NCBI GenBank assembly: GCA_964591925.1 | Contig: CAZQCK010000003.1 | Span: forward strand, 2,936 to 57,767 | Reading direction: 5' to 3' | Source: an uncultured Desulfobacterales bacterium | GTDB lineage: Bacteria; Desulfobacterota; DSM-4660; Desulfatiglandales; HGW-15 | Length of the DNA: 54,832 bases | Shown here: positions 23,318 through 31,910 of the stretch, piece by piece | How positions within the stretch are numbered: the stretch's first letter is position 1 | Layout: each line of letters begins with the position of its first letter | The notes under the pieces: model-generated | Told to the model about the DNA's origin: nothing | The model's database searches: none | Seen by the model: the letters and a program-made list of their open reading frames with translations, nothing else | Program-made: the position numbers and the translations under genes

Positions 23318-23448
23318 TTTCTCTCCCGGACAAGGTTTGGTCCTAATCATATAGAATATTCCTGATTCGGCTTTCTGTCAATGAGGCTTCGAGCCCCACA
23401 CACGGCCGGTTTTGTGGATTATCACAAAGAAAATCAAGCGGTTTCCTG

Positions 23449-23477
23449 TTGACTTTAACACGATCATCGCCTATAAA
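23449..23477 (+). promoter_or_regulatory. Putative sigma70 promoter of the cyclase gene
   Basis: TTGACT-N17-TATAAA, 37 nt before the ATG; upstream palindrome TTTGTG-N6-CACAAA at 23411-23428. Confidence 0.55.
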
Positions 23478-23514
23478 CAATGGCCACCCTCTCAAGCGTT
23501 ACGGAGATGCTCTC

Positions 23515-25785
23515 ATGAAACCGGATCAATGGAAACGCCTCTTCAACCTGAATCCACGCTCCATCGTGTTTATTTCCATTGTCCTCACCCTGTGCCTCTT
23601 CGTCGTAGGCGTGCCCATCCTGGATATGGTGGAGCTCAAGACGTATGACCTGCGTTTTCGCTCCCGGGGCGTCCACCCCCCGTCCCCCCATGTGGTCGCT
23701 GCGGTTCTCGATGAAAAAAGCCTGGACCAGGAGGGCCGCTGGCCCTGGCCTCGAGCCAAACTCGGACGAATCATCGATATTCTAGACCGGGACGGGGCCA
23801 AGGTGATTGCGCTGGATATCGGATTTCTCGAGCCGGACGAAAACAACAACCTCCGCCTCATCGAAAAAATCAACCGCCGGCTCCAAGCCCACGAGGTCAA
23901 CAACCCCGAGCTCAATCGCTTCATCGAAGCCCAACGCCGAGAGGCGGACAACGACCTTATGCTGGCCCGGAGCATGGAAGAGGCCGACATGAAAGTAGTT
24001 CTCGGCTATTTCTTCTACATGCGAAAGGCCTTTTTGGAGTACAATCTGGACGAAGAGGACATCGAGCGCCGGCTCGAAACCATTGCCGACTCCAAATACC
24101 CCCTGATCATTTACAATCAGGAAAACATGACGTTCGAGCCCTTTCGTTCGGCCTACGCCCCGGAGACCAACCTCCCACGGCTTCACCGCGCCGCGGATGC
24201 GTCGGGTTTCTTCAACATGGAACCCGACCCTCAGGACGGTATTGTTCGCACCATGCCCCTTATGTACAAGTGCGGTGACGAGGTCTATGCCCCCCTGGCC
24301 GTTCAGGCGGTTTGGCATTACCTGGACCAACCCCAGCTCCTGGTCCGGGTGGCCTCTTACGGAATCGAGGGACTGCAGATGGGCGGCCGCCGGGTGCCCA
24401 CGGACGAGATGGGCTTCATGCGCATCAACTACCTGGGCCCGGAGAAGACCTTTCCTCAATACTCTCTCAGTGATATTCTTCGAGAAAAGTTCCCCAAGGG
24501 AACCTTTCAGGACAAGATCGTGGTGGTGGGGGCGACCGCCATCGGTATCGGCGACATACGGAATACTCCTTTCTCCAGCACGGGCGAATACCCGGGCCTG
24601 GAGATCCATGCCACGGTCATGGACAACATCCTTCGAGGAGATCACATCAGCAAGCCCAAGTGGGCGACCATCTTCGACGTGGCGGCCATTCTTCTGCTGG
24701 GCTTGCTCACCGGTCTGATCGTACCCAGGCTCAGCGCGGTAAAGGCGATCACAGCCACCATCGCCATTCTGGTGTTTTACACTCTGGTAAGCCGCTGGCT
24801 CTTTGTCAAGGCCGGCCTGTGGGTCAACCTGGTTTACCCCCTCCTTACCGTGGTCCTGGTCTACACCTGCCTCACGGTGTATCACTATCTGACCGAAGAG
24901 AGGGAACGAAAAAAAATCCGCGGGGCGTTCAGCCGCTATGTGTCCAGCAGCGTGGTCAACGAGATGCTCAAGGACCCGGACAAGCTCAAGCTCGGGGGGG
25001 ACAAAAAGGAGATCTCGGTCCTGTTCTCCGACATTAGAAGCTTTACATCCATCTCCGAAGGCATGACCCCTGAGGGTCTCGTCCAACTGCTCAATGAATA
25101 CCTCACCGTCATGACGGACATCGTGTTCAAGTACGAAGGCACGCTGGACAAGTACATCGGCGACGCCCTCATGGCGTTTTACGGGGCCCCCCTGGATCAG
25201 CCGGACCACCCCCGGCGAGCATGTTTGTCCGCCCTCGAAATGATGGAAGGTCTAAAAGCGCTCAATGAAAAATGGATCAAGGAGGGCAAAAAACCCCTGG
25301 ATATCGGCATCGGGATCAACACGGGTCCCATGATGGTGGGCAATATGGGATCGGAACAAAGGTTCGACTATACGGTCATGGGAGACGCCGTGAACCTGGG
25401 CTCCCGCCTCGAAGGGGCCAACAAATCATACAAGACCCATATTCTGATCAGCGAGTCCACCTATGAGCAGGTCCAAGACGAGTTCGTGTGCATGGAGCTC
25501 GACAGCGTCCGCGTCAAAGGGAAAAAACAGCCGGTTCACATCTTCGAACTGGTGAGTCGAAAAGAGCTCCTTGCGCGCGACATGGAAGCCATCGCTCGAT
25601 TCCACGAAGGCCTTCACCTCTACAAGGAGCAGCAATGGGATCGGGCCATCGAAACCTTCGAGAATGTCAACGCCATGGACCAGACCCTGTATGCGGCCCG
25701 GCTCTACATTGAGCGCTGCAACGAGCTCAAGGCCGCCCCCCCGGGTGCGGATTGGGACGGGGTGTTCACCATGACCACCAAATAG
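23515..25785 (+). CDS. CHASE2-domain class III adenylate/guanylate cyclase
   Basis: GRWPWPR and YPGLEIHA (CHASE2); three TM helices; FSDIRSFT, DKYIGD, DYTVMGDAVNLGSRLE; C-terminal TPR-like tail. The K/D residues suggest ATP specificity. Confidence 0.95.
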   Translation: MKPDQWKRLFNLNPRSIVFISIVLTLCLFVVGVPILDMVELKTYDLRFRSRGVHPPSPHVVAAVLDEKSLDQEGRWPWPRAKLGRIIDILDRDGAKVIALDIGFLEPDENNNLRLIEKINRRLQAHEVNNPELNRFIEAQRREADNDLMLARSMEEADMKVVLGYFFYMRKAFLEYNLDEEDIERRLETIADSKYPLIIYNQENMTFEPFRSAYAPETNLPRLHRAADASGFFNMEPDPQDGIVRTMPLMYKCGDEVYAPLAVQAVWHYLDQPQLLVRVASYGIEGLQMGGRRVPTDEMGFMRINYLGPEKTFPQYSLSDILREKFPKGTFQDKIVVVGATAIGIGDIRNTPFSSTGEYPGLEIHATVMDNILRGDHISKPKWATIFDVAAILLLGLLTGLIVPRLSAVKAITATIAILVFYTLVSRWLFVKAGLWVNLVYPLLTVVLVYTCLTVYHYLTEERERKKIRGAFSRYVSSSVVNEMLKDPDKLKLGGDKKEISVLFSDIRSFTSISEGMTPEGLVQLLNEYLTVMTDIVFKYEGTLDKYIGDALMAFYGAPLDQPDHPRRACLSALEMMEGLKALNEKWIKEGKKPLDIGIGINTGPMMVGNMGSEQRFDYTVMGDAVNLGSRLEGANKSYKTHILISESTYEQVQDEFVCMELDSVRVKGKKQPVHIFELVSRKELLARDMEAIARFHEGLHLYKEQQWDRAIETFENVNAMDQTLYAARLYIERCNELKAAPPGADWDGVFTMTTK

Positions 25786-25791
25786 CGCCGG

Positions 25792-26550
25792 TCACCAGAA
25801 ATACTTGAGGGCATAGTAAATAAGCTTCTGGTACTCCACGATCACCTCCTTGACGTAGCGCCTCGTCTTCCACCAGTTCTCCGCTCGAAACCCGCTGTAG
25901 GAGCCGGCGGCCATTTGAATCCTCACATCGTCTTTCTTGGTAGCCTCACGAAAGGTCCACAGGGCTCTGCGGGTGTGGGTGGGCGAGGTCACCACGATGA
26001 TAGAACGGTATTCCCGCTCCCGAGCGATAGCCGCCGCCATCCGGGCCTCATCCATGGTGCTTTCCGCCGGGTGCTCCGCCATCATGATCGCTCGATCCGG
26101 GACGCCGCTCTCCACCAGAATCTTTCTCAGGACATCCACGGTTCCCGGAATCTCGATCCCGGCTCGAGCAAGGACCTCATAGCCGTCCGGGGGAACCTCC
26201 GGTGCGATGAACACCACAGGGGCCAAATCCCTGCCATAAAGATCGGCAGTGGCCAGACCCCGCTCCACTGCACCGCCGGACATGCAAACGATCAGGTCCG
26301 AAGTCTCCAGTTCTTGGGAGACGACCAGGAAGCCCCCCACCCGCGAGAGGATCGGTCCATGGTAAGCCGTGAGCACCGCCCATAGGACAAAGGCCACAAA
26401 GAGGGCCCAGCGCAGGACCGGCTTTCGCTTCCGCCCTCCCTCGGGCTCGATGGGTTCGGCTCCGGGCTGCGGCGTTTCCGTCTCCTGGAATCCGGTATCC
26501 TCGCCCTGCGCCCCGTCCTCGTGCCGGGATGTTCGCCTCGCTCCGTTCAT
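25792..26550 (-). CDS. YdcF/DUF218 family membrane protein
   Basis: TM helix, DLIVCMSGG, ESTMDEA, VTSPTHTRRA, EYQKLIYY. Confidence 0.88.
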   Translation of the reverse strand: MNGARRTSRHEDGAQGEDTGFQETETPQPGAEPIEPEGGRKRKPVLRWALFVAFVLWAVLTAYHGPILSRVGGFLVVSQELETSDLIVCMSGGAVERGLATADLYGRDLAPVVFIAPEVPPDGYEVLARAGIEIPGTVDVLRKILVESGVPDRAIMMAEHPAESTMDEARMAAAIAREREYRSIIVVTSPTHTRRALWTFREATKKDDVRIQMAAGSYSGFRAENWWKTRRYVKEVIVEYQKLIYYALKYFW

Positions 26551-26554
26551 GGGC

Positions 26555-27004
26555 TCAGAACCCTTTCTCGCTGTCGATCAACAAGGTCACCGGGCCGTCG
26601 TTGATCAAATGAACGTCCATCATCTCCTGAAACACGCCTGTTTCCACCACCAGGCCCAGGCCTCGCAACAGATCGGCCACACGCTCGTAGAGCACGCGCG
26701 CGGTTTCCGGCGATGCGGCACGGACAAAGGAGGGTCTTCGCCCCTTTCGGCAGTCTCCCCACAGGGTGAACTGAGAAACCACCAGAACGCTTCCGCCCAC
26801 ATCGCTCACGGAACGGTTCATCATGCCTTGCTCATCCGGGAAAACCCGAAGGTTCGCGGCCTTGTTCGCCACGTATGCGCAGTCCTTCTCCGTGTCCCCC
26901 CTTCCGACGCCCAGAAACAGGAGCAAACCCGGGCCGATTTCGCCCTGAACGCCCCCACGCACCTCGACTCGGGCCTGCTTGACCCGCTGAACCACGGCTC
27001 TCAA
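26555..27004 (-). CDS. dtd: D-aminoacyl-tRNA deacylase
   Basis: RAVVQRV, SQFTL, NDGPVT. Confidence 0.97.
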   Translation of the reverse strand: MRAVVQRVKQARVEVRGGVQGEIGPGLLLFLGVGRGDTEKDCAYVANKAANLRVFPDEQGMMNRSVSDVGGSVLVVSQFTLWGDCRKGRRPSFVRAASPETARVLYERVADLLRGLGLVVETGVFQEMMDVHLINDGPVTLLIDSEKGF

Positions 27005-27260
27005 CAGCGCTCTCCTTCATCCATCCTGAATCCGACCGGTTCTTTGCAAACACCTGAATGGATTATGTCACAACCAGAGAACGGTTTCAAATTTATCCGC
27101 CAATGGAGCAGCAGGCATCATGACCCCTGGTAAAACCGTGTCATTCAAAAAACGGCAAATGGAATTAGAGATTGACTCCATCTTGCGATTTGTTATACAA
27201 GGATGTTCGAGCATCCCAAGCATTGACGTTTCGCAAACACCTCAGCTCAACCGCATTCGG

Positions 27261-27330
27261 GAAGGCTGTAAGGAGTCGGAATCTCAGCGGGGGACGGATG
27301 AGCCGGTTCCCGGCTCTTTACGACCCCATC
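27261..27330. repeat. Degenerate short relative of MITE family A (long inverted repeat)
   Basis: GTAAGGAGTCGG pairs with CCGGCTCTTTAC; the right end TTTACGACCCCATC resembles TTTGCGAGGCCATC. Confidence 0.45.
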
Positions 27331-27371
27331 AATGCTCACATTCAAACGATGATTCGTGACCAGCGATCAGC

Positions 27372-27602
27372 ATGACATCCACTTCTTCAGAGACCCCAAC
27401 CGATTCTCAAGGCTGCTCCGATCCCGAGGACGACCCCGGGGAAACGCAGCCGGAAGCCGAGGTTTATGTGGAGAGCATCTTAAGCTCGCTGCGAAGAATC
27501 ATTCGCGCCGGCGATCGGCACAGCGGCCACCTGAGTCGCACGTTCCACCTCACCGTATTCCAGTTGGTCTTTCTCAAACAGCCCACAGTCTCCCGGCCCT
27601 GA
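27372..27602 (+). pseudogene. Truncated MarR-family regulator (N-terminal helices only)
   Basis: SILSSLRRIIRAGDRHSGHLSRTFHLTVFQLVFL resembles MarR helices 1-2. The ORF stops before the winged HTH and I see no continuation in other frames. Confidence 0.6.
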
Positions 27603-27673
27603 TTTCGTAACGGACACGATCCCTCGGGATCCATCGGCAATGCCTACGTTAACCTTTGAACAAGGAGGAGATC

Positions 27674-29329
27674 ATGAAAAAGAACAAAAACGAGGTTCAT
27701 CCCTGGATTCCAGAGCTGGTCAACCAGATGGAAAAGGGAAAACTGAGCCGGAGGGAATTCCTTCGGTACACCACCCTGCTGGGCGTGAGCGCGGCCGCAG
27801 CCACCTCTATGGCCGGACTGGCCCTGCCCGGCAAAGCAAGGGCCGCCGAGATCCGCCGAGGAGGCACATTGAGGATCGCATCTTCGGTCCAGAAGGTCAC
27901 CCACCCGGCCCAGTTCTCCTGGGTGGAACCCTCCAACATGCTTCGCCAGGTGGGTGAGTACCTCACCCAAACGGACAACCAGAACATCACCCATCCTTAC
28001 CTGCTCAAAAACTGGCAAGCCAGTGACGACCTCAAGACCTGGACCCTGAACCTGAGAAAGGGGATCAAGTTCAACAACGGAGACGAGTTCAACGCGGACG
28101 ACGTGGTCTTCACCATGAACCAGTGGCTGAACGAGGACGTGGGATCCTCCATCGAGGGCATGATGGGGGCCTACCTGAGCCCCTCGGGCATTGAAAAAGC
28201 AAACGACTACCAGGTGGTTCTTCACCTGAGCGTCCCGGAAATCGCGGTCCCGGAGCACCTCTTCCACTACCCGGCCCTGGTCCTCAATCACCGGACCTTT
28301 GAAGGGGACTTCATCAAGGCGCCTCACGGAACGGGTCCTTTTACCCTCGAAACCTACCGCGAGGGAGAGCGCTGCGTGCTCAAGGCCCGCAAGGACTACT
28401 GGCAGAAGGGCGCCGATGGAAAGCCCCTTCCCTACATGGACCGCATCGAGTTCGTAGACATGGGCGACGAGATGTCCCCGCGCATAGCCGCCATCAAGGC
28501 CGGCGAGATCGACTCCATCGATCTGGCCACTACGGGCGGTACCTCCGCCTACAAGGCCCTCAAGGACGATGCCGGCATCAACGTCAAGCCCATCGGCACG
28601 GCCCAGGTGCGGCTGCTCCGCATGCGGGTGGACCTGGATCCCTGGAAGGACAACCGTGTGCGCATGGCTCTCAAGCTCTGCCAGCACCGCGAGAAGATCC
28701 TGGGGCTGGCCTACTTCGGCCAAGGTGTGCTGGGCCACGACTTCCACGTCTCCCCGGTGCATCCCGAGTACTGCGAGAAGCCGGTGCCCGAGTACGACCC
28801 GGAGCGGGCCAAGCAGCTCCTCAAGGAGGCGGGGTATGAAAACGGCCTGGACGTGAACTGCGCAGTGGGCAGCGAGTGGACCGACGTGGTGCGCTACATC
28901 GAGGTCCTGAAGCAGGACGCCGCACCGGCCGGGCTCCGCATCAACATCCAGACCATGCCCACCAGCCAGTACTGGGAGAAGTGGACAGAGGTGGACCTGG
29001 GCGTGACCCCCTGGACCCACCGCCCCCTGGGCACCATGGTCCTTAACCTGGCCTATGTAACGGACGAGGAAGGCAAGCCCGTGGCCTGGAACGAGACCAA
29101 CTGGTCCGACCCGGAGTTCAGCAAGCTGCTCACGGAGGCGAACGGCACCCTGGACGTGGACGAGCGGCGCAAGATCATGTGCAAGCTCGAGCAGATCCAG
29201 TGGGACCGGGGATCCATCGGGGCTCCCTTCTGGCAGTACAACTGGCAGGTCACCACCAAAAGGGTGAAAGGCTCCGAGCCTCACCCCACCGGGTACTACC
29301 TTCTGAACGAGGCCTGGCTGTCCAAGTAG
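27674..29329 (+). CDS. ABC transporter substrate-binding protein (family 5, Tat signal)
   Basis: SRREFLR twin-arginine motif, RGGTLR, LRKGIKFNNG...ADDVVFT, GTGPF; GGAGGAG RBS. Confidence 0.95.
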   Translation: MKKNKNEVHPWIPELVNQMEKGKLSRREFLRYTTLLGVSAAAATSMAGLALPGKARAAEIRRGGTLRIASSVQKVTHPAQFSWVEPSNMLRQVGEYLTQTDNQNITHPYLLKNWQASDDLKTWTLNLRKGIKFNNGDEFNADDVVFTMNQWLNEDVGSSIEGMMGAYLSPSGIEKANDYQVVLHLSVPEIAVPEHLFHYPALVLNHRTFEGDFIKAPHGTGPFTLETYREGERCVLKARKDYWQKGADGKPLPYMDRIEFVDMGDEMSPRIAAIKAGEIDSIDLATTGGTSAYKALKDDAGINVKPIGTAQVRLLRMRVDLDPWKDNRVRMALKLCQHREKILGLAYFGQGVLGHDFHVSPVHPEYCEKPVPEYDPERAKQLLKEAGYENGLDVNCAVGSEWTDVVRYIEVLKQDAAPAGLRINIQTMPTSQYWEKWTEVDLGVTPWTHRPLGTMVLNLAYVTDEEGKPVAWNETNWSDPEFSKLLTEANGTLDVDERRKIMCKLEQIQWDRGSIGAPFWQYNWQVTTKRVKGSEPHPTGYYLLNEAWLSK

Positions 29330-29465
29330 TGCCGTGACCCTCGACCGGCCCGGGATCGGGATACGAACGGCGCGCGCCGCTGATCCCCAACCGGGAACGG
29401 ATTAGAGGCGGCCCGGTTCACGGGCCGCCTCGCCTCACGCAAACGCATCGAGAAAAGGGCCGGCT

Positions 29466-30764
29466 ATGGCGAAGTTCATTGTAAGGCGCTTTTTCCTTTT
29501 GCTTCTGACCATGTTCCTGGTCTCCATCGCGGTCTTTTTGATCACAGAGTCCTCGCCCGGAAACGTGGCCCGAAACGTGCTCGGGGCCTTTATCACGCCG
29601 GAGCAGGAAAAGTCCTTCCTGGCCCAGATGGGCCTCGACAAGCCCGCATACGTCCGTTACGCCTACTGGCTCATTGGAAGCGACTGGCAGGCCGAAAGCA
29701 AGGTGGGCTTTCCCCTGAAACGCACCATGACCGAAAAAGAGTTCGTGGAGTGGTGGGCCGAGCGCGACAACGGGAACCTCATCCGCTGGAAGCTCGAGGG
29801 GGAGGACCTGATCGCAGTGGAGAAGACCCCGGACGGACCCGTGCGAGAGTACAAGGACAATGATCGCTGGAAGACCAATGAAAAGGGCGTGAGCACCTTT
29901 TGGGGGATCGACACTTATAACCACGCCGTCCGGTGGGAAAAGGGGGCTGACATCAAGGTCTGGACCTTTGTGATCGGAACGGGCTGGATGGAGACCTCCG
30001 GCGGGCCCATGGAGTACATTCCCCTCAAAAAGGGGTTCATTCGAGGAGACCCCGGCATCAGTCTCCGCACGGGACGACCCGTGAGCAAGGCCCTTTTCAC
30101 CCGCCTCAGGAACTCCCTGGTCCTGGCCGGCATCGCCTTTGTCCTCGTAATGCCCGTGGCCCTGCTCCTGGGCATGATCGCAGGGTTGCGGGAGGGAAGC
30201 CTGCGGGACCGGATTCTCTCCATCGGGGGCATGACGTTCTCGGTTATTCCGGAGTTCGCCACCGGCATCTTTCTCATCCTGATCATGGCCGTGTGGCTCA
30301 ACCTCGTACCCGGGGCCACGGTCTTCGGAGAGCAGGCCCCGTGGCAACGACCGGACATGCTCATTCTGCCCGTTCTCACTCTGACCCTGGTGGAGCTGGG
30401 GTACATCCTGAGGATCACCCGGGCCAGCATGGTCGAGGTCATGCGCTCCCCCTACATCCGGACCGCCTTTCTGAAGGGGCTTCCCTACTGGCGCATCGTG
30501 TTCAAGCACGCCGTGCGAAACGCTCTCATGGCGCCCATCACCGTGATCATGCTCCATGTGAACTGGCTCATGGGAGGCATCGTGATCGTGGAGGTGGTGT
30601 TCGGATACCCGGGACTCGGCAAGTACCTGCTGGACTCGGCCATGTTCAAGGACATCAACGCCCTCGAGGCCGGGGCCATGATCCTGGTCACCCTGGCTGT
30701 GGGCACGCAGCTCATTGCGGACATTGTGTACACGTTCCTCAATCCGCGTATCCGGTACACATGA
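29466..30764 (+). CDS. ABC permease, DppB/OppB type, with a large periplasmic insertion
   Basis: GLDKPAYVRY, YIRTAFLKG (EAA loop), VEVVFGYPGLG, NPRIR; ~120-aa Trp-rich insert before GDPGISL. Confidence 0.93.
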   Translation: MAKFIVRRFFLLLLTMFLVSIAVFLITESSPGNVARNVLGAFITPEQEKSFLAQMGLDKPAYVRYAYWLIGSDWQAESKVGFPLKRTMTEKEFVEWWAERDNGNLIRWKLEGEDLIAVEKTPDGPVREYKDNDRWKTNEKGVSTFWGIDTYNHAVRWEKGADIKVWTFVIGTGWMETSGGPMEYIPLKKGFIRGDPGISLRTGRPVSKALFTRLRNSLVLAGIAFVLVMPVALLLGMIAGLREGSLRDRILSIGGMTFSVIPEFATGIFLILIMAVWLNLVPGATVFGEQAPWQRPDMLILPVLTLTLVELGYILRITRASMVEVMRSPYIRTAFLKGLPYWRIVFKHAVRNALMAPITVIMLHVNWLMGGIVIVEVVFGYPGLGKYLLDSAMFKDINALEAGAMILVTLAVGTQLIADIVYTFLNPRIRYT

Positions 30765-30825
30765 TCTTTTTGGGCGGACTCGAACCGAACAGCACGTCGG
30801 TCATCAAGTGAATTCAAAAGGAGAC

Positions 30826-31782
30826 ATGATGACGGAGCATCAAGAAGCAGCCGCCGGAGGAGACCAGGAAATCGCCCCGGAGGAGACCGTACCGAGGACC
30901 CGGCGCCTACAGCGGGTCTGGGGCGGGTTCCGGGTCCTGTTCGCCTCCAAGACCGCCATGGTGGGCGTCTTCATTGTTTTTTTCTGGGTCTTCGTGGCCC
31001 TGTTCGCCCCCTTGCTCACACCCTACACCCCGCTGGAGCAGGACTGGAAAGCGCCCAATCAAGGGCCTTCCGCAAAGCATATCCTGGGTACGGACGAATT
31101 GGGCCGGGATCTTTGGTCCCGCCTGATCTATGGAGCACGGGTGGTTCTGGTGATCCTCCCCATCTCGGAAAACGCCTGGATACCGGGAGGGACCGCCATC
31201 TGGGGCGTGGCCGTGGCGCTGGTGGCGGGCATCTTTCTGGGGCTGGTCGGAGGGTATTATGGAGGATGGTTGGACGAGGTCGTGATGCGCGCATTGGACG
31301 CCATGATGGCCGTGCCCATCATCCTCCTCTTTCTGATCATCATGGCGGCCCTCGGGCAGTCCGCCGTGAACGTGGTGATCGCCATGACCATCGTGGGGAC
31401 ACCCGGCATCGCCCGGCTGGTCCGGAGCCTGACCCTGGACATCAAGACGCGCGAGTACATCCGGTCTGCGGAAACCCGGGGGGAAAGCCCCTGGTACATC
31501 ATGTTCGTGGAGATCCTGCCCAACGCCCGCGGTCCGATCATCGTGGACGCCATGCTGAGGGTGGGATACGCCATCTTCGCCATGGGAACCCTCGGGTTCC
31601 TGGGCCTCGGCCTCCCGCCTCCGTCACCGGACTGGGGCAGCATGGTGGCCAAGGGCCGGGAGTTCATCCTGGCCGGAAGCCCGTGGGCGGCCCTGTGGCC
31701 TTCTGTGGCCATCGGCACTCTGGTGGTGGGCTTGAACATCTTTGCGGACGGGCTCCGCGAGGAGTCCATGCGCTACCAGTAG
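30826..31782 (+). CDS. ABC permease, DppC/OppC type
   Basis: HILGTDELGRD, EYIRSAETRG, FLGLGLPPPSPDWG. Confidence 0.95.
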   Translation: MMTEHQEAAAGGDQEIAPEETVPRTRRLQRVWGGFRVLFASKTAMVGVFIVFFWVFVALFAPLLTPYTPLEQDWKAPNQGPSAKHILGTDELGRDLWSRLIYGARVVLVILPISENAWIPGGTAIWGVAVALVAGIFLGLVGGYYGGWLDEVVMRALDAMMAVPIILLFLIIMAALGQSAVNVVIAMTIVGTPGIARLVRSLTLDIKTREYIRSAETRGESPWYIMFVEILPNARGPIIVDAMLRVGYAIFAMGTLGFLGLGLPPPSPDWGSMVAKGREFILAGSPWAALWPSVAIGTLVVGLNIFADGLREESMRYQ

Positions 31783-31910
31783 CCTCGGCAAGGCTTCCCC
31801 GAGCGCTGAGCCTTACTCGAGCACGGCATGCTCGTACATGCCGCCCGCCAACCCCGCCGTAAGCCGGCGGAATTCGCGGGCGGCGCATTTTCACAACACG
31901 GAGTGGCCTC

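Noticed and set aside
31841-31883. GC-rich nested hairpin between dppC and the ATPase gene (similar one at 29389-29418)
   Set aside because: No U-tract or recognisable family; most likely ordinary intra-operon stability hairpins.
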